A DNA stretch of 63,996 nucleotides, filler included, from Rhabdomonas costata (GCA_019059605.1; 50 parts of 50 records of this genome joined end to end with filler, not necessarily neighbours in it); one strand, 5' to 3'; numbered from the whole stretch's first letter, positions 26,837-41,044 are shown. Notes: generated by a model from the sequence alone, not told the origin. Made by a program: numbers and translations.

Positions 26837-28219
26837 NNNNNNNNNNNNNNNNNNNNNNNNNNNNNNNNNNNNNNNNNNNNTTAATTAATTAANNNNNNNN
26901 NNNNNNNNNNNNNNNNNNNNNNNNNNNNNNNNNNNNTGTTTTTTGTTTTTTTAGCAGCGGAAAATTACTGCTGGCTAAGTACTCGCCAGTGGCTGGGATA
27001 TGGGCGGACAAGTAGGACAGCATTAGTTTATGGGCGAAGGCCAGTCCGTGCCGCGGCCGGAGTGGGGCCGTGACATGGGGGCATTTAACAACTTTTAAGA
27101 TATGCTCCCATAATAAAAAAAATTGTTACAACTGGTAAAGGTTACCAGTGGTAACCGTTACCCCCCCCAACTTCCGTTGCACCAAGGCAAGCTAGGGTGG
27201 CGTCTACCCAGGGCTTTCATGAGGTTTGGGGTAACCTCTAAAAACTCCTTACGACGCGTGGAGGTTGCTGTGGAGGCCACCTGGATTGCTGTGTGAAAGC
27301 AAGCGGACCCTTTATTTCATTGCTTTGTTGTATTCTGGGACGGATTCCAGTTATTTTCTCGTTGAGACGTGTGCCCGCTTGGTGGAGCTACGCCGATTTC
27401 TTACCTTACCCCAGATAATAATATATGGCTCAAGTCCATTATCGTACCCCAGCATAAGGGCTGTCCCCCTTGTCCCGCAGTCGAGCCGCCGCGCAGCGGC
27501 TGCTCGTTCTGCGAGGTGAAATGAGGTTTTGGGAGTTAGATGGAGTTAGGGGGTTAGAGGGCGATGCACGTGTCCCCTGCGATTCTATGAGTCGGTTTTG
27601 CACCCTGAGGAGTCTATATTTCAGCGCATTATAAGTGCCGTGGATGCTCTTCGCGACGATAGCAACTTCGTGGAGAAGTCACACGCTCTCCGTTTGGACG
27701 ACTGACATGTATCTTGTCGTGCTTTTTGGCTTACTCTTTCGGGTGTACTGTTTCGGGGGTACGATAATGGACTTGTGTCGGTATTCATATGAATATGATG
27801 AATATACACTGTCCCAGTCACCCAAACCAAGATCAAGGGGAAACAGAATGAGGGAGGTAATACAAGCTGGAAATAAACAAAAAAGGAACCCCATTGCAAG
27901 TGCTCGATGGCCACACACCTTCAAACCCTCTACCGAAGCCCTTCATTTTCTTAAAAATTAAAACGTGAGATCGACAGCTGAACCACAATGATCATCCGAG
28001 CCCACCAGAGAACAACCCAGAACATGCCCCGAGAAGCAGTCGAGCAGACCCAGGCGCTGCCACCCCGTGACCCACGCCGAGACTCCTCCCACCAGAGCAA
28101 GGTACCCACCCACACCACANNNNNNNNNNNNNNNNNNNNNNNNNNNNNNNNNNNNNNNNNNNNTTAATTAATTAANNNNNNNNNNNNNNNNNNNNNNNNN
28201 NNNNNNNNNNNNNNNNNNN

Positions 28220-28360
28220 TGTGTGTGTTACGCGTTACGTTACTGTTAGTGTTCCTGTGCGTAGGTTTAGCGTTCCTGTTACTGTGCTTGTTTGTGCTTA
28301 GCGTTACCGTTACTGTTACTGTTACTGTTGTTGTTACGCGTAGGGTTAGTGGTGTCATGG
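28220..28360 (+). repeat. Degenerate GTTAC(T)-type low-complexity tandem tract
   Basis: Repeated gttac/gttact units ending in tagggttag. Confidence 0.6.
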
Positions 28361-29331
28361 TGTGGTTGTCTGGGCTTGTGCTGTGGGTCGATGTGTCGTT
28401 GCTTGTAGGTCCGAGGGGTTTGTGTGATGGTCTGTGAGTCGAAGGGAGAGTGTGGGCAATGTCAAGCTGAGTATGTTGGTGTCACGGTGTCACGTTCATG
28501 CGTTCTTGTTTCGGAGGTTGGGGTGTGTTTTGGAGGGTCAGGGTGTGTGGTGGTGACGTGTGAGGGATGCTGGTGGTGTCATGGCTGTACTGTGCTTCTG
28601 TCTCAGGGTTACGTGTGTTGTAGGGCCTCAGGTTTCAGGGTGTCAGGGTTTCGTGTCAGAGGGTCTGTGGGTTCTGCGATGCGTCTTGGTGTGTCTTGGT
28701 GTCAATGTCCTACTGTGTACTCTGCTTGTGTGTGTTGGCATTCTGTGTTGCTTCTGGGGTTCGTGGCATTCGTGTTTCTGGGAGTTGGGTGTCTGGATTC
28801 TGAGGCTAGGGGTGTAAGGTGTAAGGTATCAGCATGACTGTAGGGGGATAAAGATGCCTCTAGGGATGTTTCTTGCTGGTCGGTCGGTCCTTGCGTCCCT
28901 CCCTCCCTAGATGTGATGCCTCGGTCGTTCCACCACCCTAAGGTGCTTCCACTCCCTCGATGCCTCTACCTCCTACCGCAGGTGCCTTGACCTCTACTTC
29001 GGCATGCCCGTACCGACCATGCCTACGTACCCTGAGGCTGATTCCATGCTGAGGGTGTATGCCGATACCATGACATCCTCGCCTTGGGAGCACTAAGGGG
29101 CATTTTGTGTTCTTGCCGGTCGTGAGATCCCTCCACTACGTTACGGTCTCTCACTCCCTATGAATGTGGTGGTTCATGCCCTCCCCACCGCTGCCGGGTG
29201 GTCCGGGCATTCACAGATACAGAGTAAAGTCATGATGTCACTCAGTCTTAGGGGTCCACTTTCTTCTCTGATTGTATTGTGAGGGCCCGGTCGTTCATAA
29301 TTCTGATCTCATGGCGTCCGTCTGCATAGCA

Positions 29332-29382
29332 CCGGTTCAGTTGCACCTTCAGTTGCCGGTTCAGTTGCACCTTCAGTTGCAC
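29332..29382 (+). repeat. 24-bp tandem duplication (CCGGTTCAGTTGCACCTTCAGTTG x2)
   Basis: Read directly; contains an internal TTCAGTTGC sub-repeat. Confidence 0.85.
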
Positions 29383-30077
29383 ACTGACTTTCAACAAAAC
29401 AANNNNNNNNNNNNNNNNNNNNNNNNNNNNNNNNNNNNNNNNNNNNTTAATTAATTAANNNNNNNNNNNNNNNNNNNNNNNNNNNNNNNNNNNNNNNNNN
29501 NNGGGGGGTTGGGGAGGGGGCATGTTTCCATATACCTCGAAGCCCTATCTCAATAAATAGTGCCTCCTAGTAAACCACCCACTTGCCCCGTTGCCGCCGA
29601 ACAACCCAGCAATTTTCCTTCACTAAAACTCTTTGCTTATGGCCTTTGTGGTGGCTGAGAATATGACATGGAGCTCTAGAATCAGTAAAAAAAGTCTCTG
29701 TAATACAAAAATTTAAAAGCCCACATTCGAAGGAGAAAAATCACTAAAGTTTCGCATCTCGAGCCATACAGCAGCCATGATTGATCCACCCACAAAGCAA
29801 GTCTAGTGGAGTTCCTGCACAAGGCACCCACCGCGGTAGTGAGCCAATTCTACCCGATCATCGCTGGCATTCACGGGCTCGCCATACACACTGGTACGCC
29901 CCCCCCCCGTATCGTTCCATTTCTGTATCCAATGCTCTGTTCGGGGTATAATCATCAGCGCCGGAATCGGAGAAGGACTCTGGCTCCGATTTTTATAATA
30001 GAGGTGGGGATTGGGGGAGAAGTCAGTGTCCCGCTGTTGTGGGAGGACGGGAGAGGTGATGGAGAGTTCCCTCAAAC

Positions 30078-30244
30078 CTTCTTGACTTGCGCCTTAAGCA
30101 GCACGGTGCACGTCGCATCAGAGGCCCTATGGGCCTGGATCAGAGAGAGCAGGGGGTGGTTGGTCAGGGTGTCGCAGCTCATCACGACGATATCCTTCGT
30201 CAGCAGCTCCGACACAGACCGTAGTGCGTCAGCTGTGTCCGTGT
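30078..30244 (-). CDS. Translation initiation factor eIF2B gamma-like exon (nucleotidyltransferase-like fold)
   Basis: TADALRSVSELLTKDIVVMSCDTLTNHPLLSLIQAHRASDATCTVLL matches eIF2B-gamma TADSLR...D.LVLSCD.IT...L......R..DA. AG/GT boundaries present. Confidence 0.75.
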
Positions 30245-31034
30245 CTGCACCGCAACCACCACAACCACCAGTGGCGGGTTGTGAAGGTTCACGTGCGCGA
30301 AGGCACATAGCAGAGTCACAGTAAACCAGCGTGGACGCACTCATGGCTAACTGCTGAGGGTGGATCGACGGTGGAGGTTACCAGAAAACTCAACACAATT
30401 TTGTCTTACGAAGTTGTTTGCTTCCATACCATTCAATGGTTGCAAAACAAATTCGGCGAAGTGTGCTTTTGTACGAAGATGGTGGAAATCTAAGATAATA
30501 GTCTGAAACGGAACAAACCTGCGAAACCTGCGAGCGCAAACCTGCGACCCGATCGCGCAGATGGTTTCCCGTGATTGCAAATACTTCGACAAAGAACATT
30601 ACAGGAAGCATGACCTGTTCCAGATTCCTGACATAAATTGAAGGGAGATCAATAACGAGAGCCTCACAATCTGCTACCCAAAACNNNNNNNNNNNNNNNN
30701 NNNNNNNNNNNNNNNNNNNNNNNNNNNNTTAATTAATTAANNNNNNNNNNNNNNNNNNNNNNNNNNNNNNNNNNNNNNNNNNNNGTGGTTGGGGGGGGGG
30801 GAAACAGTCCAAGATCCATTCCGTGGGTACCGTTTATGTAAAGCGTTTCTTTAACGCTTCTTCTTGTACGAGAGTGGTGTCGAGTGTGGCAGAGCAGGCA
30901 AAAGTGCGGTGAAGTTAAAAGAATGCGCGGTGAGTGAGTGAGGGAGTGTGCTTGCGCGCCACACACAAATGCACACAAATATCCACAAGCAAAAAAGTAC
31001 GCACAACGTGTCTCGTCAACACATATGCACACAC

Positions 31035-31686
31035 CCTTCTGGGGGGACATCATGGCAGAGCGCTCCAGCAGCCGGGAGTGCAGGTAGAACACATCACCGG
31101 GGTACGCCTCTCGGCCGGGAGGTCGTCGCAGCAGCAGGGAAATCTGTGCGCATGCATGCGAGAAGAGGCCGTGGACTCCCGCAGGACATATATACGCCTC
31201 AATCCGAACATAAAGCCTGCACGCACCACCTGCACAAGACCGTCCCACCGATTTGATTCACTACTGACGAGGTGGTCCACACTCCACTTTTTGTTTCGGA
31301 ATTGGGGGAAAGAGATAGCTTCAACTTCCATTGATACTTGGAAAGCAACTGGAAAGATGCTATGTGTCAGGTTTCAGTGGAATAACGGCCTGTGAGGCAA
31401 TGTACTGGGCGGCCATTGTGTCGGACCTGACGGTAGGCAACGGCCTGCTTGGAAAGGTCATCGTAGACGCACAGAATGTGGCGCCCGTGGTCACGGAAGT
31501 ACTCCCCAAGGGTGGTCCCGGCGAAGGGCGCCAAGTACTGCAGCCCGGCTGTGCGTATGAGTGTGTGTGAGCATGTGGGTATTTGCGCATGCGTCGGCCC
31601 CCACTGGATTCCCCCAATTGTCAGAAAAGGCACTCCCCCCTCCTCCCCTTCCCAAAGAGAGTGTAGAAGAAAGAGAGGGAGAGAGG

Positions 31687-31726
<40 letters not shown>

Positions 31727-31872
31727 AAACCGGGGTCGGCAGCCGTGGCAGCGACAATGGTGGTGTAGCGCAGGGCATCGTAGTCGGAAAACAACCGGTG
31801 GATGCGGGCCACGTTGGAGCACCGCTGGCCGATGGAGACGTACACGCTGAGCACATTGTTCTTGCTCAGGGT
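31035..31872 (-). CDS. atp1: Mitochondrial F1 ATP synthase alpha subunit (nuclear-encoded, euglenozoan type), three internal exons
   Basis: Exons 31872-31731, 31548-31427 and 31143-31035 with GT-AG introns give [26 protein letters not shown]...[11 protein letters not shown]...[50 protein letters not shown]. Confidence 0.97.
31670..31727 (+). repeat. (GA)n microsatellite inside an ATP synthase alpha intron
   Basis: Near-perfect GA tract starting just inside the minus-strand GT donor. Confidence 0.9.
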
Positions 31873-33960
31873 CTGAAGCATCACAGGAAAAAAGCGCATG
31901 TTATCTAAAGCACAACCACAACCAAAACTTTCACTCAAAAACAACCCCCCAAACACACCCACCACNNNNNNNNNNNNNNNNNNNNNNNNNNNNNNNNNNN
32001 NNNNNNNNNTTAATTAATTAANNNNNNNNNNNNNNNNNNNNNNNNNNNNNNNNNNNNNNNNNNNNTTTTGGGAACCCCCCCCCCCCTACACACGGATAAG
32101 CCGTCATCTCTCTCCACCAGACTCATTGTCCCTATCCTTTCCACATCTTAGCACATCTTTCTCCAATTGGCGATGCGCACCGCACTGTGGGTTGATGGAT
32201 TCCAGCCCCACAGGTGCATGCTTGACAACGCAACTGTGCTACTCACCAAACTGAATCCAAGGTAAATTTGCTGCTTTTGACTGTATTCCTCACCTTGGAA
32301 GTTCCTATTCTCGGAGCCGGAGGCACATTCACGGGCACAGAAACAGCGCAAGGGTGGGGCCAGCCTCAAAGGCGATGGTCCTCTATAATGGGGTAAACAG
32401 GTTAGCAGGCGGCAGGGGAAGTCGGGGGTAGAATTGCATGAGATTGCAGTAACCTCACTGGTAAATAACAGGAGCGTCCCGCCGAACAAGGACAGGACGC
32501 CCCAGCGCACACAAAAGAGCGTGTCAGTCAAATGGTACAGTAGTAGTGAGCAGCGCGTCGGAGGGATACGAGAAACGGGGCGAAGGGCTGTGCTGTGCAG
32601 GCAGTGCCGCCCAGTGCAGCAAAAGAGGACCTGTAGCTGAGGGCGCTGCGCGAAAGAGACCGCTTGCCCAGCCCTCCCCGACGCGCAATAAATGACCAGA
32701 ATCGCAAAAAGCTCAGAACGGTGACTCAAACGAGGGGAGGGGTAAACAAAGTCTGTGCGTCGCTCTACGTCTCTCTCGCTTTCTCTTTGCTCTCCCTTGC
32801 AAACCCGCATCCGTATTTTTGACAATGGTAAAAAAGGTTTGTGGTAAAAGTTCATGGAACCTCTCTAGGGTGTGTCGTTAGACTACACCAGCGAGCATCG
32901 CGAAACAATCTAGAGAGAGACTACTCTGTCTAGGGAGCTTACCTACACCACACAACACAACCCTGCGAGCATCAGCTGCGCACAGAACCGTCGGTGAACT
33001 TGCATTGCAGCTTGGGTGGGAAACGCAAACGAAGAAATGTGGCGGCGGACCCAAACGAGGAGAGCCACCGTCACCGCAACAGAGAGATGGATACCCATAC
33101 TTCTGCCAATGTCACGACAAAGGGCAACAGTATAGGGGACACAAGCAAGCCGACACAGCCAGATGCTGTGCGACCCAGAGTGGGATGAAAATCCCATCTC
33201 CACGACGGACACCCCCTTCCCCAGTTAAAGCACAAAAAGCACAAACANNNNNNNNNNNNNNNNNNNNNNNNNNNNNNNNNNNNNNNNNNNNTTAATTAAT
33301 TAANNNNNNNNNNNNNNNNNNNNNNNNNNNNNNNNNNNNNNNNNNNNGTTTTTTGTGGTACTTTCAGTTTCGCCTTGGGTTTTCATTTGTTTCGCCGCTC
33401 GCCCCTGGATTTGTATTGGCACGTTTTTCAATTTTTTCCTTTGTTAACGCCATCACGAGATTTTGAAACCCTGCATTTGTTTTTGCGCGTACCTTCTCGG
33501 TATTTTTGGCATGACCTGATCGAATTTCTGCAGAGCGGGTCCCATAGCTGCAGCTCAGAGAAGGCGGCGCCTTCCCGTGGATGCCACGCAGGGCGATTCC
33601 ACTTCATCCGCAACGGTGTGGTTGTCGGCTTTTGCAATAGAAAGGGGTTTTGGACCAAACGTGATAGAAGCACGTGAAGATGACAAAGAGGGATATATGA
33701 TGTACGAAGTGGCGCCCCGTAACGAGGTAACGAGGGGAAGAGCGCGCAAGTGCCCAGATGGTGCACCAAGTTAAGGAACAGCTTGGTGCAGGAAAGAGGG
33801 AGGAATTGAGGTTTGTCCAAATGGGATGTCTCTTCGGAAGCATTGTGATTGTGTGGAGATAATGCCTTTGGACACTTGTCCTGCTTTATTTCTTCTTAAC
33901 GAGTGGGAGGGAAGAAAAGCGAAAGCCAGCTCAAGGTGGGTTGTTTCCCCTTCTCCGCAG

Positions 33961-34294
33961 GACCAGACCCCTTCTGTCACTTCCTCTCCGGGAACCCCAC
34001 AGAAGGCCCAAGTGGTCTCCATAGTCTCTGTCAGTTCCAAGCGAAGCCCCGCATCCCATGAAGCCGCCTCGGGCAGTGCTGCTGCCATGCTGGTCCTGGG
34101 CTCTCCGGCGGAGGGCCGCAGTGGCGGCCCAGGGCCCTTGATGAGTATGGCGGCGCCCCCTCCCTCGGTAGGGGAAGGACCCGCCCAAGGCTTTGCTGAG
34201 GTGTCGATTACGCTGGGTTTTGTCGTGGCCGTGCGCAGGGCCTTCCTGGAAGCCGATGACCTGGGCAGTGGCCGGCTGGGGCTTGTGCAGTTGG
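33961..34294 (+). CDS. Hypothetical Ser/Pro-rich protein exons ending in an EF-hand-like motif
   Basis: cag|DQTPSVTSSPGTP... followed by RAFLEADDLGSGRLGLVQL (EF-hand-like loop). Confidence 0.35.
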
Positions 34295-37200
34295 GTGTGC
34301 TCCAGAGACCCCACCGTCCCCATACTACGTATCGGTGCTTTTGTCATCGCATGCTGTCACATGCAAAGCGTAGCCTTTGGTTTCAGCACCGAGAAAGTAT
34401 TGAACTGTTTCATTTTCCCTTCGCTATTAATGGGCAGTGCGTGTATTTAAGTGGTAAATTCACAAGCTTGAGGACCCATCATCACAAAGGCTATAGTCGC
34501 TACCCACCACACCACCCACACCCACCACANNNNNNNNNNNNNNNNNNNNNNNNNNNNNNNNNNNNNNNNNNNNTTAATTAATTAANNNNNNNNNNNNNNN
34601 NNNNNNNNNNNNNNNNNNNNNNNNNNNNNGGGTGCAGGAAGGGGTGGGGTGGTGGTAGACCTCAGGTGGGCTAAGGGACCTCCATACCCCCCTAGGACCC
34701 TCAGGAATGAGTGATGTGGGGGTGCAGGAGAGATGGGCATGGGTGGACCCTACCTGCACCCCCAAGAGGTAAAAAGGGGGGCTAAAGGCCAAAAAGAGTG
34801 ATGGTCGTATACGCCCTCATGTGCATTCGGTCGTATACTCAACCTCCAAATCCGCCCTCGCGAGCCCGCGGGCCCGCGGGCCGAGGACGCGCCCGCGAAG
34901 TGGATAACAAAAACAAAACTGCTATGCAAGCTGTTTGAAGCGGAAAACACGGGAATAATGGTTGGATTTATTAAAAACGAATTCAAAACGGACGAAAGAC
35001 AAGCTATAGGCTTCAAGAAGAGTTTCCGAATGGGGGTGCCGGGGACCCACACTCGTCCTATGGTTCCAGGTCCTGCCCTGACCAGGGGGTGAGTGGCCAG
35101 CCCGTGAGGTAAAGTTTTTTTAGCAGTTCCAAACGATGGTCAAAGTGACAAGGGCGAGTAGTTGCACAATCGGTACGGGGAAGGCCTTATTGTGTGGTTT
35201 CCCAGCTAAGAGTGGCAGATATACAATCCAGAGGCGAGGTCCCAAGATATCCCAAGATAAGTCTAACGAGTGGTACGAGCAACATTTCACGGAGCGAAGA
35301 CCTGAACAGCCTGGCAACCTGCCAGAACTCCGTGTTGTGCACCTGGTCCTCGTGCTGCTCCAGCAGACCCGCGCTGGAGGAAGAACTTGCGGTGCTCCCT
35401 GGCGGGCGATCCTGCTTCTTCCACAACACCACTAGGCCACGTGTAGGGGTGGAGTTGCCCAGAGATGCTCGCGAGTTAAGGAAAACGGTGGTTTCCCAAG
35501 GAGTGAAGAACGGCAAAGGTGACAGAGACGACAGAATAGGCAGAAGATGAAAACAAAAAGCAACCAACAAATTGCCAAATCTATCAAAATATTCCGTTTT
35601 CTTCTGAAAACATAATAGCAAACGCCAAAAGAGCATCGGTACTAAGAATCTTTGCGAGAAAATAGCTGAGAATATTACCTTACAAAAAAAAGACAAACAA
35701 ACATATCCGCGAGAGCGCAGAAAAGGATATCGTCATGGGCCGAGACCAGGGCTTCTCCTGAAACAAAGTCAGGAGAGAGCATTGCAACGACCCTCAACTC
35801 AGCGAAGGACANNNNNNNNNNNNNNNNNNNNNNNNNNNNNNNNNNNNNNNNNNNNTTAATTAATTAANNNNNNNNNNNNNNNNNNNNNNNNNNNNNNNNN
35901 NNNNNNNNNNNGCTGCCTCGCTGAACCCACCACACACACAAGGGTGCAATGGAAGTTGGGGGGGGGGAGTAGTACCATTGGCAATTTTTTCTATCGGGGC
36001 AACATTTAAAAAAGTCGTTATCACCCCGAGTCACGCCCCAGCCGCGCGCTCCGGCCCTAAACTAATGCTGTCCTACTCGTCCGGCCGTATGCCCGCAATT
36101 GGCGAGCCCTTAGACAGCAGCAGTTTCAGGTGCTGAGCAAAACTACTGGAAAAGCTTACCTAACTCCTGTACATAAAAAAATCAAAGCCATTTCGAGGAT
36201 GTTGGCATCCTTTTACGCGACCGCTTTCAGCTAATTTAGCAAAAAGTTTAAGCCAGATTTCTGTTACCCCCCCCCACACACACAAACAACTTCCATTGGG
36301 CCCACACAAAGGAAGGGCACAAGACAACTACCTCTGCCAAATGGTGAGGTGGAGAGGAGTCCACAATTACCTTCATATCTCAGAATTGACGAGCCCTAGC
36401 TGTAAACAAACCCAAAACCTCTCTCGCGGAGCCGCGAAGTTGCGGATCCGGAGGATTCAGCCAGGGGAGCGTCCCAAGAAAAAAAGGCATGGGGAACAGG
36501 GAAAATCCTCACACAGCCCCCATGCTGCCTGTTTGTGGGCAGTGCTTTCGAGTATCGACTTCCAGAAGGACTCCGCAGAGCTTCACAATCCATTACTCTA
36601 CATATGCGGGAGCCTCACGCTTGAATCAGAGACCCAGAGACCCGGATGCCCCCGAATGCCCGGAGGACATACTCCAAGGGCACAAATACAAAAGACAGTA
36701 TCTCCGTGCATTCCTCTTTCAGATAGAGGGCATCTTCTTCACGTCGCTTCAAACTATTTTCCACCCTGTCGGGATCGTCGTGTCAACGTCGACGCCCATC
36801 AGACCCATCCCCACACAGAAGCAGGAACCCAGGCCAAGGGGAGCGAAGGCATCCCGTACGAAAACCGATACATCAATAATCGCGAAACTCGCAGCAGGGA
36901 ACGAGACCACAGTGGCACTCTCGATTACTCTTTGAGTTGTATGAAAAAGATGGCACAGCAATTAGCCGAAGAACATTGACTGCACTGGCGGCAAAACCCA
37001 CTCACCACACAAAAATGGACGTCGGTCTTCCAAACCTTTGAAAAATTATATCACTGAAAAAAAGCACAACAAACCCCAACCACCCCCAACACANNNNNNN
37101 NNNNNNNNNNNNNNNNNNNNNNNNNNNNNNNNNNNNNTTAATTAATTAANNNNNNNNNNNNNNNNNNNNNNNNNNNNNNNNNNNNNNNNNNNNGTCCTGT

Positions 37201-40094
37201 GGCTAAGGTCCGTCCACCTTCACATACACATGCACGTGGCAGCTGGAAGGCAAAGATGTATGCCCTAGGAGTGTGGTGCTGCGGGACGGGCTGGAAATAT
37301 CAACAGTTTCGTACACTTGCGCAGGACCAACGAGAGATCGCATCCCTTATGTTGCCACCAGTGGGAATCGACAGTACCTGCACACACACCTGGGCGAAGT
37401 GTCACCGAGGCAGCAATGCAACCATTGAGTGCTCTACTAGCACGGCAACACCAACAGATACCGTTCCTGTCCACACAAGGCGGTATTTTTCATGTGATGA
37501 TTAGCCAACTTAAGAGACTGATAGGTCATCGGTCTTGTGTGTGACCTTGGCACGTGCGCTTGCAGGTGCCTGCAGGCCGTCCTGCGTGTGGGTTCCCCGA
37601 AGTGCACAGCTTCCCAGCTGCCTTCGTGCTGCTCACGTGTACCATTACAGTCGCACTAGGAGTGTGTGTGTGCTGTACTGCGCTGTGCTGTACTTATGAC
37701 TGAATGGGTTGGAGGTGTGAGAGGGATTTTCGTCATTGGGCACTTTTTCACCCTTGCGGTCCTCGAGCCCTTGCCTGGGGGCGCGCGAGAGCGTTGACTA
37801 GTCAATGCTTCACTGTGGTCCGTCTCTTCCTGTTGCGTGTGAGCGTGATGTAGTCCTTTCGCATGGGCAATGAGTGCGATTTTACGGTGACCCCTTGTTT
37901 TGAAGCGTCTGCTGAGCTTCTGCGTTCAACCTCAGCGCTGGCATCTGGAATGGGTGAGCGGGGGCCTTTCTATGTTGGAAGATGTGATGGAGGTGGCAAG
38001 TCAGGTCTTTCGCGAGAAGACAGAAGGTGTTCGGGTGCCGTTAGAGTGCCGGCACTGATGGTATTGTTTCTACAGTCGATCAAATACGCACCACCTATCA
38101 GTGCGTGCTCATGATTCAAATGCCTCTTGCATCTAACAGTTGGGTTGGTAACGGCCTGTCAGTTTCCCGCTGGAGGGATATGGATATGTCGAGGGCACTT
38201 TTAGGTCGTGTGCTGCTCGTGCGTAACGCCCATCACTGCCACCTGGAGACTTCCAGGAGTGGATCAAAATTAGAAGGCAAGGAACACAGGCAGGAAGTCT
38301 ACCTCTACTGGGATGATGGTATTGGTCCGAGGAAGGAGCTGGATTAGCGCCCGTGCCAGATTAACAGCCCCCCCCNNNNNNNNNNNNNNNNNNNNNNNNN
38401 NNNNNNNNNNNNNNNNNNNTTAATTAATTAANNNNNNNNNNNNNNNNNNNNNNNNNNNNNNNNNNNNNNNNNNNNGGGGGGTTGGGGTAAAACCGCCGTT
38501 TCTCCTTTTCCCCTGTGAGGGCGAAGCGATCCCAAAGTGCAGAGAAAGCGGGAAGCGTACAACAAACAATATTCTGTCAATACAACAGCGTTCTTTGCAA
38601 GCGGGCGAAAGTGTGTGAGCGAGTGGAAGCAAAGCGAGTGGAATGCAACTACAGTGGGAAGCAATCGGGAGCACAAAGGGATCATTGCAGTGTATCTCTG
38701 GATAGTTACATCCGTAAACTCAGAACAACGTTTGCGACGTATTTCAGCCTAGAGTCGTCAGACCCAATATAATTGCCATTGTGTTCAGCAGGATAATTAT
38801 ACGGTCCCGTGATGTCCCCTGCCATTTCGGCTCGCACCCATATCAAAGAAAGGTCTTGTTTTGGGTTGCTACGCGCCACAGGTGCGAGAAAAATATCGAT
38901 TTTTGTACCCAGCGGGAATGCTACCACATCACGCATGCAGGTTGTGTGGTGCGTGGTGCTCACACGGGTTGGGGAGCATAAAGCAGCGGGAAAAACCAAG
39001 AATTCTGTGGTGCTGAGTTTACGGTGTAACGTACTAAAAAGAAGTCTGCATACAAGGGCGCAGAAAGATGGGGCAGGAAGACAGGAAGACAGAATAAACA
39101 ACAAGGCCAATACAATGCAACTTTGAGTTTGTTGTGGGTGGGGGTGGGGCAAAGGAAGAAAAGGCAACCCAAAAACCGCCACGCCAACGAAGACGAGCCG
39201 CAATTTGGAGGTCAGTGTAAGATCTGTAGTCCCGTCAAGGCCCGGCTCGAGCGCGGTCTGATCAGACCAATGTGACTGTCGGGATTGGACAAGCAACCAG
39301 GATGATGTTTCGGGCTGAAAAAGAGGTCTCACACCCTCTACTCCCTCACTTCTGGTGAAGAAAAAGTACCTCAACCAAGGAGCATCCAGAGAACCAACAA
39401 AGAAACCAACCAGCTGATGATGGTTTGCACAGCGAGACTTCTTTCCCATCTCTAAACCCCCTATAAGTCCAACAAGTGACATTTTGGTGACACTTTTGCA
39501 CCTCTCTCTTTTAAGGTGGCACGGGCAATAAAAAGAAACTGGAAGGGGCTTGCCCACACGCAAAAATCGGCCAGAAATCAGTAAAGTTGAGAAATTCGGG
39601 GCGCTAGTACCTTTGACTTCGGGAGCGCTGGACTCGCAAGGAAACGATGATGAGGACNNNNNNNNNNNNNNNNNNNNNNNNNNNNNNNNNNNNNNNNNNN
39701 NTTAATTAATTAANNNNNNNNNNNNNNNNNNNNNNNNNNNNNNNNNNNNNNNNNNNNGGTTGTGGGGTCAAGAGTTGGGGTAGCCCATCAGCAGCTGGTG
39801 GACAACATGCTCTCAAGCTTTGGTGCTGTTTTGCGTGCGTGTGCAGTTGAGTGCAAATGAATGTGCGGTGGTAAATGCATTGGAAAGCAGCCAAGTCATC
39901 AAACTATTGCAGGACTGGGTCTATGTCTCTGAAGCGCTCCTCTGTTCGATCCAGCAAATGCTGCTTACCTTCATTCGCTAATTCTAATTTTTCATCTAAA
40001 CGGAGCTTACAATCTGAACTTTTCCGTCGGAAAAATGATTTTACTTTCTCGAAAAATTATCCCTAATTAGCCCTACTGTGTCTCTCATCCGCAG

Positions 40095-40291
40095 GGGCCT
40101 TTGATGGTTTTGCGGGTGAGGACGGGCACCCCATGTGGAGCGGTGGGGAGCCCCCAGAGAGCCTGCAGGACTTTGAGCACCGGCCGTTTGCAGAGGAGTT
40201 TGAGCGGATCGCGGCGATGGCCCCCAGGATTCCCACGACGCTGGGCCTACCCCAGCCCAACGCGGCACAGCACCCCCCGGCACTGCTCGAG
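40095..40291 (+). CDS. Hypothetical protein exon
   Basis: cag|...GHPMWSGGEPPESLQDFEHRPFAEEFERIAAMAP...LLE|gt, GC3-rich. Confidence 0.45.
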
Positions 40292-41044
40292 GTGCCATTA
40301 AGGTTGCTCATCTTTCAGTGCTTTATTGGTACTTTGGGTCTTTGTCTCTGTGATTTTGGTGGGCCGTCGTTTCAGACCTTTGGGGATTTGGCTGGCAAGG
40401 AGTGGGCACTGCTCCTGTGCATTAGTTGGAAGGGGGCTAGTTAAGGAATGAACACCAGAGCTGGGACAGTTGTGTGTGTGGAGGCGGTGGCGTTTAATAT
40501 TAACCGTTTTCGCTTTTTGCGGTGTTTTAGAGTTTGTTCTTGTTTGGCTTTGGCAGACAGATGGGGTCGGGGCGGTCGGCTGTGTCGGAACATACAGCTC
40601 GTCCTCCACTCGTTGCATACTTTCTCATCCCTTTTTTTTTTCACATTCCAAAGCTTTTTGACGTCTTTTTTTGTTGATCGAACTCTGGTCGTTGTGGTTT
40701 TGATTACCGAGAAGAAGCTCCCCTTTGTTCGCAAACTCACAGTGTCGTGAGCTACTGAACCCAAGGAATGCTTGCTAGTAGTTCTGCAGTTCCCTGCTGC
40801 AGCTTCGGCTGTAGTTCCGCTCTTGTTTTCCTTCAGGCCCTCCGCGGTTCCTTCCTCGCCCTCTCCCGCAGCAACCCGAACCGCTCCTCAATACAGCCCT
40901 TCCTCCACCGCCTCCCCCGTCGCTGCCACCACACACCCCNNNNNNNNNNNNNNNNNNNNNNNNNNNNNNNNNNNNNNNNNNNNTTAATTAATTAANNNNN
41001 NNNNNNNNNNNNNNNNNNNNNNNNNNNNNNNNNNNNNNNTTGTT

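Noticed and set aside
32148-39563. Long ORF-track calls such as 32148-32855, 36296-36979 and 38706-39563
   Set aside because: No recognisable motifs and intron-like or low-complexity composition; probably chance ORFs.
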